Of a stretch of DNA of 64,000 nucleotides, positions 22,640 to 31,922 are shown in pieces. The position numbers were made by a program, and so were the translations under genes. How positions within the stretch are numbered: the first letter of the stretch is position 1; each line of letters opens with the position of its first letter. This stretch comes from an uncultured Alphaproteobacteria bacterium (lineage in GTDB: Bacteria > Pseudomonadota > Alphaproteobacteria > Rhizobiales > Hyphomicrobiaceae): positions 1,688 through 65,687 of the forward strand of contig CAVTVO010000037.1 of assembly GCA_963738065.1 (NCBI GenBank). The letters run 5' to 3'. Under the pieces are notes generated by a model, which did no database searches, was not told where the DNA came from, and saw only the letters and a program-made list of their open reading frames with translations.

Positions 22640-22718
22640 CGCTTCCTCCTTGGCTTGCTGGGTCGAGTGGATGTTACGCCGATGCTCCCCGGCCGGCTAC
22701 GGCGCCCAAAAATAGCTG

Positions 22719-23575
22719 TCAGGCCTTCGGCGTCCCGCCCGGCCACACCGGCGACGCGGCGAGATCGGGCCAGCCGATCGGAGCTTCCGAGGCCGCACGC
22801 GCCTGGGCGATCGGCGCGGTCTCGTCCCACTTCGAGGCGACGTAGCGGTTGCCCGTCACCCCGTCGGCCGCTGCCGAGCACAGCCACACGATGGGATGGG
22901 TCATCTTGACTGGCGGGATCAGGTCCGACCGGCGGAACCCCGAGCTCTGCGGCACCATCGGCGTGTCGGCGGGCCCGCCCGGCACCACCACGTTGACGGT
23001 AATGCCGTGCTCGGCGAACTCCTTTGCGTGGCCGGCCGCCATCGCCTCGAGCCCGGCCTTGACCGGCCCGTAGGGATGGAACCGGCCGCGCAGCATGGTG
23101 AAGAAGCTGGTGGTCACGTCGATGATCCGGCCCCAACCCGCGCGCTTCATGCCCGGCACCGCCGCGCGCGTCATATACCATGCCCCCGACAGATTGACGG
23201 CCACGAAACGGTCCCAGACCTCAGGCGCGACCTCGTCGATGCCGACTGGATTTTTCATGTGGTCCTCGCGGATCGTGCTCATGCCGAGCGCGCCGTTGTT
23301 GACCAGGATGTCGAGCGCCCCGAACCGCGCCTGCGTCGCCTCCACCGCGGCGGCGCACGCGCGCTGATTGGAAATGTCGAGGGCGCGCGTCGCGAAATTT
23401 TCGCAGAATGCCCTGCCGTCGCCATGCGCTCGCCAAGCGCGGCAAGATTGGCTTCGGCGACGTCGCAGGCCATGACGGAGGCGCCCGCATCGAGCAGCGC
23501 CCTGGTCACCTCGCGGCCGATCCCGCCTGCTGCGCCCGTGACGAGCGCGGTCCGCCCGGTCAGTGGTCCTGCCAT
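22719..23575 (-). pseudogene. SDR-family oxidoreductase; frameshift ~23400 as sequenced
   Basis: The N-terminus RTALVTGAAGGIGREV is in ORF 23279..23575. The body ...ILVNNGALG...YGPVKAGLEAM...PGGPADTPM is in ORF 22719..23345. Confidence 0.8.
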
Positions 23576-23742
23576 CGCTGCATCCTCCCTTTACCGTCTC
23601 GCTTGCGCGAGGTTGGCCTCCGGCAATGCCGTGGGCTCCGCCATACTGCCATCAAGCCAGGACGATCGTCGACACGCGGGCACAAAAGAAAAGCCCCGCC
23701 GAAGCGGGGCTGCAGTGAGGACGCCTCGTTTGCTCGCAGGGC

Positions 23743-24075
23743 TCAGACGGCCTCTTTCAGTTCCTTGGAAGCCCGGAACGCGATCTTCTTGCTGGCCTTG
23801 ATCTTGATGGCCTCGCCGGTCGCCGGGTTGCGGCCCATGCGCGCCGGACGCTTGCGCACCTGCAGGATGCCGAGACCGGCGATGCGGATGCGCTTGCCCT
23901 TCTTGAGGTGCTTGGCGATGTTCTCGACCATGGCGACGAGCATGGCGTTGGCCTGCTTCTTGGGCACGTCGTGGGCCTCGGACAAGGCTGCGGCGAGGTC
24001 ACGCAAGGTGACGGTCGGCGCCTTCGGCTTCTTCACGGCCGTCGGCGTAGGGATGGATGGCTCGATCTTCTTCAT
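23743..24075 (-). CDS. HU/IHF-family nucleoid protein with ~20-aa Lys/Pro-rich N-terminal extension
   Basis: ...LRDLAAALSEAHDVPKKQANAMLVAMVENIAKHLKKGKRIRIAGLGILQVRKRPARMGRNPATGEAIKIKASK. Confidence 0.9.
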   Translation of the reverse strand: MKKIEPSIPTPTAVKKPKAPTVTLRDLAAALSEAHDVPKKQANAMLVAMVENIAKHLKKGKRIRIAGLGILQVRKRPARMGRNPATGEAIKIKASKKIAFRASKELKEAV

Positions 24076-24252
24076 GGTGCTGCCCTTGGTTGCGATTTGC
24101 GCTGAATGGGGACGGGAAATGCATTGAGAATCAAGCGAATATTGAGATTCGCGGCATCTGCATACAAGGCACGCGCGCGCGCCGCGCAATTCGTTGCGGC
24201 GTGACACGCTTGCAACGCTTTGTGCAGGCCCGCAAGGGGCAGAGCGATCAGC

Positions 24253-25014
24253 TCACAGGTTCTTGCCCGCGGTCCAACCCCCGTCGACGATCAAGGTCGT
24301 GCCGGTGCAGAAGCTCGCCTCGTCGGAGGCCAGGAACAGGATGGCCTTGGCGACCTCGTCGGGCTCGCCCCAGCGCGCCATTGCATGCAGGTTGCGGATG
24401 CGCTGCGCCTGCTCTGCCTCCTGAAAGTAGCGCTCGGTGAGCGGAGTGCGGATGACGCCGGGCCCCACCGCATTGACGCGGATGCCCCTCTCGCCCAGTT
24501 CCATCGCCATCTCCTTGGTGAGGCCGACGACGGCGTGCTTGGAGGCCGTGTAGGCGGGCCGGTTCGACGCCGCCACCACACCGAGCGTGGAAGCCAGATT
24601 GACGATGGCGCCCTTCCCACCCTTGGCGATCACGGCGCGGGCGAAAGCCTGCGAGCACAGGAACGTGCCCGTGATGTTGACGCCCATGACGCGGTTCCAC
24701 TCCTCGAGCGACAACTCGAGGACGGAGGCGATCTCGCGTACGCCGGCCGAGTTCACCAAGACGTCGAGCCGGCCGAGCCGCTCCGCCGCCCAGGCGACGA
24801 AGCCCGACACGGCCTTCGGGTCGACAACGTCGAGGTTGAAGGCGTGGGCGCGACCGCCGGCCTTGCGCACGGCCTCTGCAACCCGCTCGGCACCCTTCTC
24901 GTCCCGGTCGCCGACGCCGAGGATTGCGCCCTCGCGCGCGAACGCGTGCACCACTTTCTCGCCGATCCCGCTCGCCCCACCCGTGACGAGCACACCCTGG
25001 TCCTTGAAGCGCAT
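24253..25014 (-). CDS. SDR-family oxidoreductase
   Basis: VLVTGGASGIGEK...NSAG...YTASKHAVVGLT...PGVIRTP; 253 aa. Confidence 0.9.
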   Translation of the reverse strand: MRFKDQGVLVTGGASGIGEKVVHAFAREGAILGVGDRDEKGAERVAEAVRKAGGRAHAFNLDVVDPKAVSGFVAWAAERLGRLDVLVNSAGVREIASVLELSLEEWNRVMGVNITGTFLCSQAFARAVIAKGGKGAIVNLASTLGVVAASNRPAYTASKHAVVGLTKEMAMELGERGIRVNAVGPGVIRTPLTERYFQEAEQAQRIRNLHAMARWGEPDEVAKAILFLASDEASFCTGTTLIVDGGWTAGKNL

Positions 25015-25192
25015 CTGTCGTTCCTCCGAGAACTGTCGGCTGGCATTTCGCTGCCATACCGTTGCACCTACCATGCAAGCTGCCCGAGCGCGAATTGCTC
25101 CGCAACGCTCATTTTCCGCAGCCTGGCGGGGGAGGGACGGTCCGGACGGGGAGGTAGTCTGCGCGGTAGCGCAGCGCAGATGGTGCGCTGCC

Positions 25193-26167
25193 TCACCGCT
25201 CCAGCGCAGGCCTTCGCAGCGCGCGCGCTGCAATCGTCCCGCGCTGTTGGCCTTCGACGCTCCGGGCCTCCGCGGTTGGGCCGGCGCGGTAGCGCGGAAG
25301 ATCGTCCGCGAGGCAGTAGACGAGGCAAAGTGCCAGGCTCGCCCAGACTGCCGCAGTGAAATAGAGCGACATCCAGGCGATCTCGTCCTTCCAGTGAGTG
25401 AGGTCGTGCGTTACGACCCAGCGCGTGCACGCGTCGCGGAGACCCTGGACCGGCCCGAGCATCTCGCGCCCGCCCGCAATGCCGTCGCGCCACCGGCCAA
25501 GGTACATCGGCACGTCGATGGTTATGAGGAAAGCCAGATACCCCGCAATCCCGATGACCGCCGCGACGAGGCCCAGGCGAACGATGCCCTCGAACTCCGG
25601 CAGCAGGCGGCACACGGCGATGCCCACCAGGAGGAAGGCGACGGCCCAGATCGAATTCTCGATGGCGTTGGCAAGATAGTTGGTCGTCAATACCCCGTAC
25701 CACGAGCAGCACTGCGCCACGACGATCAGCGGCACGATGATCGAGGCCACGGCCAAGGTGGTGTCCGCCCCGGCTACCCAGCCGAGCTGGGCCAGCACGA
25801 TGGCCCATTGCGCGGCGAAGGAGACCTCGGCAACGGTCGCCACGGACCGGCCGACGACGACGCTCGACAGCCAGGTATCGAACAGGCAGATCCTCTGCAC
25901 GTCCGCGCGGGGAAGGGCCGACCTGAAGGCGCAGCCGAACACGTAGGCCGCGCACAGGAACAGCATGAGCTCGATGCCAGTGGCATTGCCCTGGGCGCCC
26001 GTCGCCGCCATCGAGAACTGGCGATAGAGCAGGAACCACAGAGCGATGTTGCCGGTGCTGGCCAGCGTCAGCAACGCCCACCACCACGCCAAGGGACGTG
26101 ACGACCCCTGCCATAGCGTTCTCATCCGCCCGCTCCGCGCGTTGTCGAACTGACACCAAACCTTCAT
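25193..26167 (-). CDS. Polytopic membrane protein (~7 hydrophobic segments), unknown function
   Basis: ORF 25193..26347(-); plausible starts at 26167 (MKVW) or 26125 (MRTLWQ); no family recognised. Confidence 0.55.
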   Translation of the reverse strand: MKVWCQFDNARSGRMRTLWQGSSRPLAWWWALLTLASTGNIALWFLLYRQFSMAATGAQGNATGIELMLFLCAAYVFGCAFRSALPRADVQRICLFDTWLSSVVVGRSVATVAEVSFAAQWAIVLAQLGWVAGADTTLAVASIIVPLIVVAQCCSWYGVLTTNYLANAIENSIWAVAFLLVGIAVCRLLPEFEGIVRLGLVAAVIGIAGYLAFLITIDVPMYLGRWRDGIAGGREMLGPVQGLRDACTRWVVTHDLTHWKDEIAWMSLYFTAAVWASLALCLVYCLADDLPRYRAGPTAEARSVEGQQRGTIAARALRRPALER

Positions 26168-26220
26168 GGTAGTGTCACGTAACGCGATGGACGAGAGAAT
26201 TGTTTCGCAGCGCGCGGGCC

Positions 26221-26334
26221 TTACGGCACCTCGATCCGCACCGCGACCGCCGCGCTGGCGATGACGGCGGGGTCGTTGTTCTCCGGGTCGGCCACGTCGA
26301 CCTGCTCGCTGACGCCGATGCAGTTGAGCCGACC
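26221..26334 (-). pseudogene. Start-less 37-codon fragment duplicating the C-terminus of the Lin0512-family gene 28196..28546
   Basis: My translation is GRLNCIGVSEQVDVADPENNDPAVIASAAVAVRIEVP*, preceded by an in-frame TGA. Compare ...GGLDVADPENNDPAVIASAAIAVRIEVG* in the intact gene. Confidence 0.65.
26227..26300. repeat. Left copy of 74-bp direct repeat (71/74 identical to 28202-28275)
   Basis: Hand alignment: CACCTCGATCCGCACCGCGA(C/T)CGCCGCGCTGGCGATGACGGCGGG(G/A)TCGTTGTTCTC(C/G)GGGTCGGCCACGTCGA. Confidence 0.9.
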
Positions 26335-26410
26335 TCAGCGCCGCCAAACGTGGGACGCCGAGGAGGAAGTCCTGACGTGTGGCTCCTCTTTGCCAACGAT
26401 AGCTGCGGTG

Positions 26411-28048
26411 CTATTTCGCGATCGTTCCGCTCCGTGTAAGCGTCCTTGCGACCCTGAAGCCCAGGAAATGATAGCGATCATCCGCTCCAAAGAGAGTGTT
26501 GCGAGCGGCGGATCGAAGGTGTGGCGCGATGCTGCCCCAGCCTCCGCCACGCGAAACACGCGTTGTGCAAGCCCCCGCGAGCCAGGCAGAGCCATCTGAG
26601 GGCGCGCCCTCGTAGTTCGCGTGTCCGCAATCTTCGACCCACTCCCACACGTTGCCGATCGTGTCATGCAGGCCAAATGCATTGGCGGCAAATTTTCCGA
26701 CAGGAGCCGTGCGCACGTAACCGTCGCGACACTCAGCGAGCGGTCTGGCGGATAATTTGGAGGCATCCGTGGAGTCGGCAACGTTGCCGAACTCGCACAA
26801 CCGCATCTCGCTGTCGCCGAAGTGGTAACGCGTGTGACTGCCGGCTCGCGCGACATATTCCCATTCCGCCTCGCTCAAGAGACGATACTCCTTTGCGAGC
26901 GTCTTCGACAGCCAGGCGACGTAGGCCTTGGCATCCCGCCAGCTGACGCAGACCGCCGGGTGATCGCCCTCCTGTTGGAAGCCGGGGGACCAGAAGGAGG
27001 CACTCAGATTGATTGGGATATTCTTGTTTGGGTCGAAGTTGCTGCAGGTCTTGGGAGCCGTATGGTTCGTCTCCTGCATGAAGGCCTTGTATTGGTCGAA
27101 CGTCACCTCGAACTTTCCGCTGGCGAAGGCCTTGGCGATTGTCACCGAATGCTGCGGAGCCTCGATTTTGGAGTGGCCGGGTTCCGTTGGCGCCGATCCC
27201 ATGAGGTAAGAGCCAGCCGGAACCAAGATCATGCGCGGACAATCTCTGCACTCCTGGAACTCCTGCTTTGGCGCAAGCTGCTGCTCTTCCGCGGCGGTGA
27301 GCACGCGGTCCAGGGGTGGTGTCCAAATTGCTGGCGCGGATTTCTTCGCCTCCAGTTCGCGGCGCCGTTGTTCGGCACGGTTCGCCTGGCGCTTGGCCGT
27401 CGCGTCGCTCTTCAACTTGTCAGCTGCCGCGCGAGCAGCTGCGTCTTCAGCCTTCCTGGAGGCTTGCCGCTCCGAGCGCGGTTGCGACGGCGACGGCGCA
27501 AACGCGCCCAGAACATAAGCCGACACCAGTACGATGAGCGCCAACACTGTGCTCGATACCGCAATCAAGCTCCGGAGCTTTGGTCGCTGCAGCAACGCTC
27601 CGATATCCTTCTCCAAGGCATCCATATCGCTTGGGAAGTTCTCGTGCGTGATGGTGATTCCCTGCCGTCGTGTCAGGCCGCGCAGGTCGGCGGGCAATTC
27701 GCCGGCTTTGGGCATGCGGGCGCCGCCGACAAGGAGAGGGATCACGGCGATATCGCGCTTGAGTGCACGAGCAACTTCGAGCCGGATGAAGTCGTCGGGA
27801 TCTTCCAGGCGACGATTGCCTTCCGCATCGCGGGCATCGACCCATCGAGGCCCAATCACTGCCAGCATGATCGCGGACTGCTTCAGGTGGCGGTCCAGCA
27901 CCTGGTGGAAGTCGCGGCCGCGCTGGATGCTGTCCACATCCATAAAAAGCTGCCGGCTGCCAAAGGTGCGCTGCAAGCGTTGGTAAACACTGCGTGCGTC
28001 ACCGGCTGTGTCGTCGCGCCGATAGCTGATGAAGATCCGCCCAACCAT
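26411..28048 (-). CDS. TIR domain - single TM helix - coiled-coil linker - FGE-sulfatase/SUMF1 domain protein (545 aa)
   Basis: IFISYRRDD...DFIRLEVARAL (TIR_2 pattern with conserved Glu); LIAVSSTVLALIVLVSAYVLGAF (TM helix); CPRMILVPAGSYLMGS, HPAVCVSWRDAKAYVAWLS, GNVWEWVEDC, RVSRGGGWG, GFRVART (FGE fold). G+C is lower than the flanks. Confidence 0.85.
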   Translation of the reverse strand: MVGRIFISYRRDDTAGDARSVYQRLQRTFGSRQLFMDVDSIQRGRDFHQVLDRHLKQSAIMLAVIGPRWVDARDAEGNRRLEDPDDFIRLEVARALKRDIAVIPLLVGGARMPKAGELPADLRGLTRRQGITITHENFPSDMDALEKDIGALLQRPKLRSLIAVSSTVLALIVLVSAYVLGAFAPSPSQPRSERQASRKAEDAAARAAADKLKSDATAKRQANRAEQRRRELEAKKSAPAIWTPPLDRVLTAAEEQQLAPKQEFQECRDCPRMILVPAGSYLMGSAPTEPGHSKIEAPQHSVTIAKAFASGKFEVTFDQYKAFMQETNHTAPKTCSNFDPNKNIPINLSASFWSPGFQQEGDHPAVCVSWRDAKAYVAWLSKTLAKEYRLLSEAEWEYVARAGSHTRYHFGDSEMRLCEFGNVADSTDASKLSARPLAECRDGYVRTAPVGKFAANAFGLHDTIGNVWEWVEDCGHANYEGAPSDGSAWLAGACTTRVSRGGGWGSIAPHLRSAARNTLFGADDRYHFLGFRVARTLTRSGTIAK

Positions 28049-28195
28049 ACGCCGCCCTTGGCTTTCCGTCTTTAACGATCAAAATAGCCTCAAATCCATT
28101 GCGTGTCGTAAGGCGAATGCGCAATGCCGCCGACAGCCGATGCTGCTTCGCAACCTGAGTCGCTGTGGGCCAGTCAGTAGTGGGAACGCCGGCCT

Positions 28196-28546
28196 CTATC
28201 CCACCTCGATCCGCACCGCGATCGCCGCGCTGGCGATGACGGCGGGATCGTTGTTCTCGGGGTCGGCCACGTCGAGGCCGCCCTTGACGGCCTTCACGGT
28301 GACGTTGCCGACGGGCAGCGAGGCTTTCACCTTCTCGAGGTCGACCTTCTCCGGCCGCTGCACGCCGATCGTCACCTCCACGTCGAGCCTCTTCTTGTCG
28401 ATCTGCAACGAGCGGATGAAGGCGAGCGAGCTGTGATGCAGCGCGTCCTGCACGGCGCGCAGGGCGGCCTTGGTGTAGTCGCAGCCGTGCAGGTCGTTGC
28501 CGGAGCCCAGCTCCAGGATGACACGCGTTCTCGGGGTTTGGGCCAT
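28196..28546 (-). CDS. Lin0512-family conserved hypothetical protein (TIGR02058-like)
   Basis: MAQTPRTRVILELGSGNDLHGCDYTKAALRAVQDALHHSSL...; 116 aa. Confidence 0.7.
   Translation of the reverse strand: MAQTPRTRVILELGSGNDLHGCDYTKAALRAVQDALHHSSLAFIRSLQIDKKRLDVEVTIGVQRPEKVDLEKVKASLPVGNVTVKAVKGGLDVADPENNDPAVIASAAIAVRIEVG
28202..28275. repeat. Right copy of the 74-bp direct repeat (inside the 3' end of the Lin0512-family gene)
   Basis: see 26227-26300. Confidence 0.9.
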
Positions 28547-28554
28547 GGCGATCC

Positions 28555-28897
28555 TCAAGCGATGTCGAGGCTGACGATGGCGCAGGCGTTGGCGATCAGC
28601 GTGCCGTCGGTGCCGGCATCGTTGCGGATCTCGAGGCCGCCCTCGACCACGGTCACGGTTCCCTTGCCATAGGGCAGCACGGCCAGCACCTGCGCCTTGT
28701 CGACCAGCTCGGGTCGCGGCACGCCGATGTGCACGTCGACCATCATCGCTTCCAGCGGCTGGCCGAGCGCAGTGGCGATCGACAGCGAGTTGTGCCAGAG
28801 CGCATCGCGCAGCGCCCGGCAGGCGGCCTTGGTCGGGATCCGTGCCGCGGATGTCGGTGCCCATGCCGATTTCGAGCACCATGCGCTTCTTGGCCAT
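28555..28897 (-). pseudogene. Second Lin0512-family paralog in tandem; frameshift ~28836 as sequenced
   Basis: MAKKRMVLEIGMGTDIRGTDP| continues in ORF 28555..28746 (MMVDVHIGVPRPELVD...GGLEIRNDAGTDGTLIANACAIVSLDIA). Confidence 0.65.
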
Positions 28898-28906
28898 CGC
28901 TCTGCC

Positions 28907-29296
28907 TCACGCCGGCTTGCGTTCGAGCAGCTCGATGGAGATGCCCTCCGGCCCGCGCAGGAAAGCGATGCGCACGCCGGGGCGGATGTCGTTGGGCTCC
29001 ATCGTGAACTCGGCGCCTTTGCCCTTGAGCTCGGCGACGATGGCGTCGATGCCCGTCACCTGCAGCCCGAAGTGGTCGAGCCCCTGGTAGGGCGTCCGCG
29101 GCGGCGGGTTGACCTTGCCGTCGGGCAGAACCTCGGCGATGAACACGTTGGCGCCGCCGACTTTCATGTCGATGCGCGGCTTGCCCTGCTGCATCGAGCG
29201 GATGATCTCGGCACCGAACATGCGCTCGAAGAATGCGGCGGTGGCCTCGGGGTTGGGGCTGCGCAGATGGACGTGGTCCCAATTGAACTTGGCCAT
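28907..29296 (-). CDS. VOC/glyoxalase-family protein
   Basis: MAKFNWDHVHLRSPNPEATAAFFERMFGAE...GLDHFGLQV...IELLE; 129 aa. Confidence 0.85.
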   Translation of the reverse strand: MAKFNWDHVHLRSPNPEATAAFFERMFGAEIIRSMQQGKPRIDMKVGGANVFIAEVLPDGKVNPPPRTPYQGLDHFGLQVTGIDAIVAELKGKGAEFTMEPNDIRPGVRIAFLRGPEGISIELLERKPA

Positions 29297-29421
29297 GCGG
29301 TTCTCTCCTCGAGGCGACCGTCCTGAGCGGTCGTGAGCCCAGAGTGTAGCACCACGCAGCGCCGACGCAGCATGCTTGCGCAGGGATTGCGCGGGGCGGC
29401 AAGATCGCGCAGAGGGGCAAA

Positions 29422-30102
29422 CTAGCCCGCGCCGCCTTGACGGCGAGCCAGGACGTCGGCGGCCAGCGCCCGGGTCACCTTGCGGTGCGCGGCGAGTGCC
29501 TGCCGGTCGATATCGGCGACGATGGCGGCGGCGGCCTCCATCGATTGTTCCATGTGCAGCGCGATGTAGTTGACGACGTGTGGCTCGACGGCGAGCTGGC
29601 GGTCGGCGAATTGCTTGACCAGCACCGCTTTGAGCAGAGCCTCGTCGGGCGGATCGATGCTCACCACCGGCAAGGCGCGCAGACGCGAGCGCAGATCGGG
29701 CAACGCCACATCGAGCTCGCCCGGAGCCCGGCGGGAGGTGAGAAGCATCGACAGCTTGTGCTCCCGAACGAGGTTCAGCAGGTGGAAAAGTGCGCGCTCC
29801 TCGCGGACACCGGCGTGCAGATCCTCGACCAGCATCGCGGCGCTGGCGCTGGTCACATCCTGCTCGCCGAGGGTGGCCGCCGCGAACGCCAGCGCACCCG
29901 AGCGCAAACGCCAGACGTTGGCGAGATGCGTCTTGCCGGCACCGGGCGGGGCAATCACCACCACCGACCGATAGGGCCAGTCGGGCCAGCGATCGATGAC
30001 GTCGCATGCCGCCTGGTTCGACCGGCTGACGAGGAAATCCTCGGCCCCGAGCGCCGGCCGGTGCGGAAGATCGAGCGTGAGCTGGCCCGGCAGGCCGGTC
30101 AT
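29422..30102 (-). CDS. hdaA: DnaA-related replication regulator HdaA
   Basis: QLTLDLPHRPALGAEDFLVSRSNQAA...VVVIAPPGAGKTHLANVW...LLLTSRRAPGEL...DLRSRL; ATGA overlap with the upstream perM-like gene. Confidence 0.8.
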   Translation of the reverse strand: MTGLPGQLTLDLPHRPALGAEDFLVSRSNQAACDVIDRWPDWPYRSVVVIAPPGAGKTHLANVWRLRSGALAFAAATLGEQDVTSASAAMLVEDLHAGVREERALFHLLNLVREHKLSMLLTSRRAPGELDVALPDLRSRLRALPVVSIDPPDEALLKAVLVKQFADRQLAVEPHVVNYIALHMEQSMEAAAAIVADIDRQALAAHRKVTRALAADVLARRQGGAG

Positions 30103-31199
30103 GGCTGGCCTTTGCACTTGTCCTCGGCCGGCGATGCGACCTCGCTGCCTTTGTACACCGAGCTGCCGAGGTAGACCTGCACGGCGAAGCGCACAAGCAC
30201 CGCCACCGCCGCCGCCAGCGGCACCGCCACCAGCGTGCCGACCAGGCCGAACAGGTAGCTGAACACGAACAGCGCGAGGATCAGCCACACCGGATGCAGG
30301 CCGACCTTCTGGCCGACGAAGCGCGGCGAGAGAAACGCGGTGTCCATGGCCATGCCGCTGATCAGCACGGCGCACGCCTTCAACAGGGGCCCGAGCTCAG
30401 GCCATGACTGCACGATGGCGAGGCTTGCCGTCACGATCAGCCCGAGCGTCCAGCCGACGATGGGAATAAATCCGAGAATGCCGGTGGTGAGACCGACCAG
30501 CAGGCCATAGTCGATGCCCGCCAGGCTCAGGCCAACGGCGTAGTAGAGGCCGAGCACCAGGCAGATGGCGCCCTGGCCACGAATGAAGGCGGCGACCGCA
30601 TCGTTGATCTCGCCGGCAAGCCGGCGGATGGTCGGAGCGTGGTCGCGCGGCAGCGCATGGTCGATGCGCTCCAGCATGGGGTGCCAGTCGACCAGCAGGT
30701 AGAATACCACCACCGGCGTGATCAGCAGCAGCGAGGCGAAGTTGAGCAGCGCCAGGCCGCGGCTCCACACCGAGGCCACGATGGCGCCGGCGGTGGCCGC
30801 CCAGTTCTGCGACTGCTCGGCCAGGGCCTTGTCGACCGCGGTCTGGAAGGACGGGAAGCCTGGCCCCAGCCACTCACGCCCATAGCGCTCGAGGAAGGCC
30901 TTGAAGCGCTCGGTCTCCGCCGGGAGCGCCGCCACCAGCTGCCGCACCTGCTCGACCAGGATCGGCACCAGCAGGACGAGCGCCAGCACCATCAGCACGC
31001 CGGCCACGCCCACGATCAGCGTTGCCGCCCAGGTGCGGTTGAAACCATACGACTGCAGCCGATCGGCCAGAGGGTTCAGGAAGTAGGCGCCGACGACGGC
31101 GACCACGAACGGGAGCAGGATGTCCTTGAGCATAGCGACGGCCAGCACGACGATGGCGAGCGCCGCCAGCCAGAACCAGAGCTGCCTTCCCGCCCGCAT
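30099..31199 (-). CDS. AI-2E family transporter (PerM/YhhT-like permease)
   Basis: 366 aa, about 8 TM segments; ...FIRGQGAICLVLGLYYAVGL...GFIPIVGWTLG... Confidence 0.85.
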   Translation of the reverse strand: MRAGRQLWFWLAALAIVVLAVAMLKDILLPFVVAVVGAYFLNPLADRLQSYGFNRTWAATLIVGVAGVLMVLALVLLVPILVEQVRQLVAALPAETERFKAFLERYGREWLGPGFPSFQTAVDKALAEQSQNWAATAGAIVASVWSRGLALLNFASLLLITPVVVFYLLVDWHPMLERIDHALPRDHAPTIRRLAGEINDAVAAFIRGQGAICLVLGLYYAVGLSLAGIDYGLLVGLTTGILGFIPIVGWTLGLIVTASLAIVQSWPELGPLLKACAVLISGMAMDTAFLSPRFVGQKVGLHPVWLILALFVFSYLFGLVGTLVAVPLAAAVAVLVRFAVQVYLGSSVYKGSEVASPAEDKCKGQP

Positions 31200-31243
31200 G
31201 ACCCCTCGCCTCGCCCGGCATGTCGCAGCCCGCGCCGCGACCC

Positions 31244-31807
31244 TCAATCCGGCGCCACCTTGCCGGATTGGTAGCCCGCCATGTGCATAAACCAAGCCCT
31301 GAGGTACGCCGCCAGGGAGAGAAGGGTGAGTGCTCCCGTAATCCACACCAGCGCCGTCCGCGTGCCGTCGAGGCCCAGCGCGAACGCCCCGTCGGCCAGG
31401 ACCGTGGCCGCCAGCACGATCTGGGCAAGCGTGTTGACCTTGCTGACCGCGAGCGGCCGGATGCGGACGCGCTGATCGAGCAGCCAGGCGAGCAGCACGG
31501 CCGCGACGATCAGGATGTCGCGGCTGACCACGGCGATCACCAGCCACAGCGGCAGCTCGTTGCGTGCGCCGAGAGCAATGAAGATGCTGACGAGCAACAG
31601 CTTGTCGGCCAGCGGATCGAGGTAGGAGCCGAGCTCCGTGCTCCAGTTGTAGCGCTTGGCGAGAAAGCCGTCGACCGCGTCGCTGATGCCGGCCGCCACG
31701 AACACGAGGAAGGCAAGCCTATTCTGGCCGCTGAGCAGCAGCCAGAAGATCACCGGAACGGACATGATGCGTCCGAGCGTGATGAAGTTCGGTATATTGA
31801 TGTTCAA
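31244..31807 (-). CDS. pgsA: CDP-alcohol phosphatidyltransferase (PgsA-like)
   Basis: DAVDGFLAKRYNWSTELGSYLDPLADK = D(x)2DG(x)2AR...G(x)3D(x)3D motif; 187 aa. Confidence 0.75.
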   Translation of the reverse strand: MNINIPNFITLGRIMSVPVIFWLLLSGQNRLAFLVFVAAGISDAVDGFLAKRYNWSTELGSYLDPLADKLLLVSIFIALGARNELPLWLVIAVVSRDILIVAAVLLAWLLDQRVRIRPLAVSKVNTLAQIVLAATVLADGAFALGLDGTRTALVWITGALTLLSLAAYLRAWFMHMAGYQSGKVAPD

Positions 31808-31922
31808 TGGCGACCGGACGTTTCCTGTGACAGACGTCAGAATTGAGCGCCGCTAGACCGGCTGGAATTTGCTCGCCCGCCCCGCCGAAGCATAGCCCCC
31901 GGGCGGCAGCGCCGTCGAGCGA

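Noticed and set aside
26221-28275. Integrase, transposase or inverted terminal repeats that would define the TIR islet as a classical mobile element
   Set aside because: None of the six frames between the direct repeats encodes anything besides the TIR-FGE protein. I saw no terminal inverted repeats. Only the 74-bp direct repeats support an insertion.
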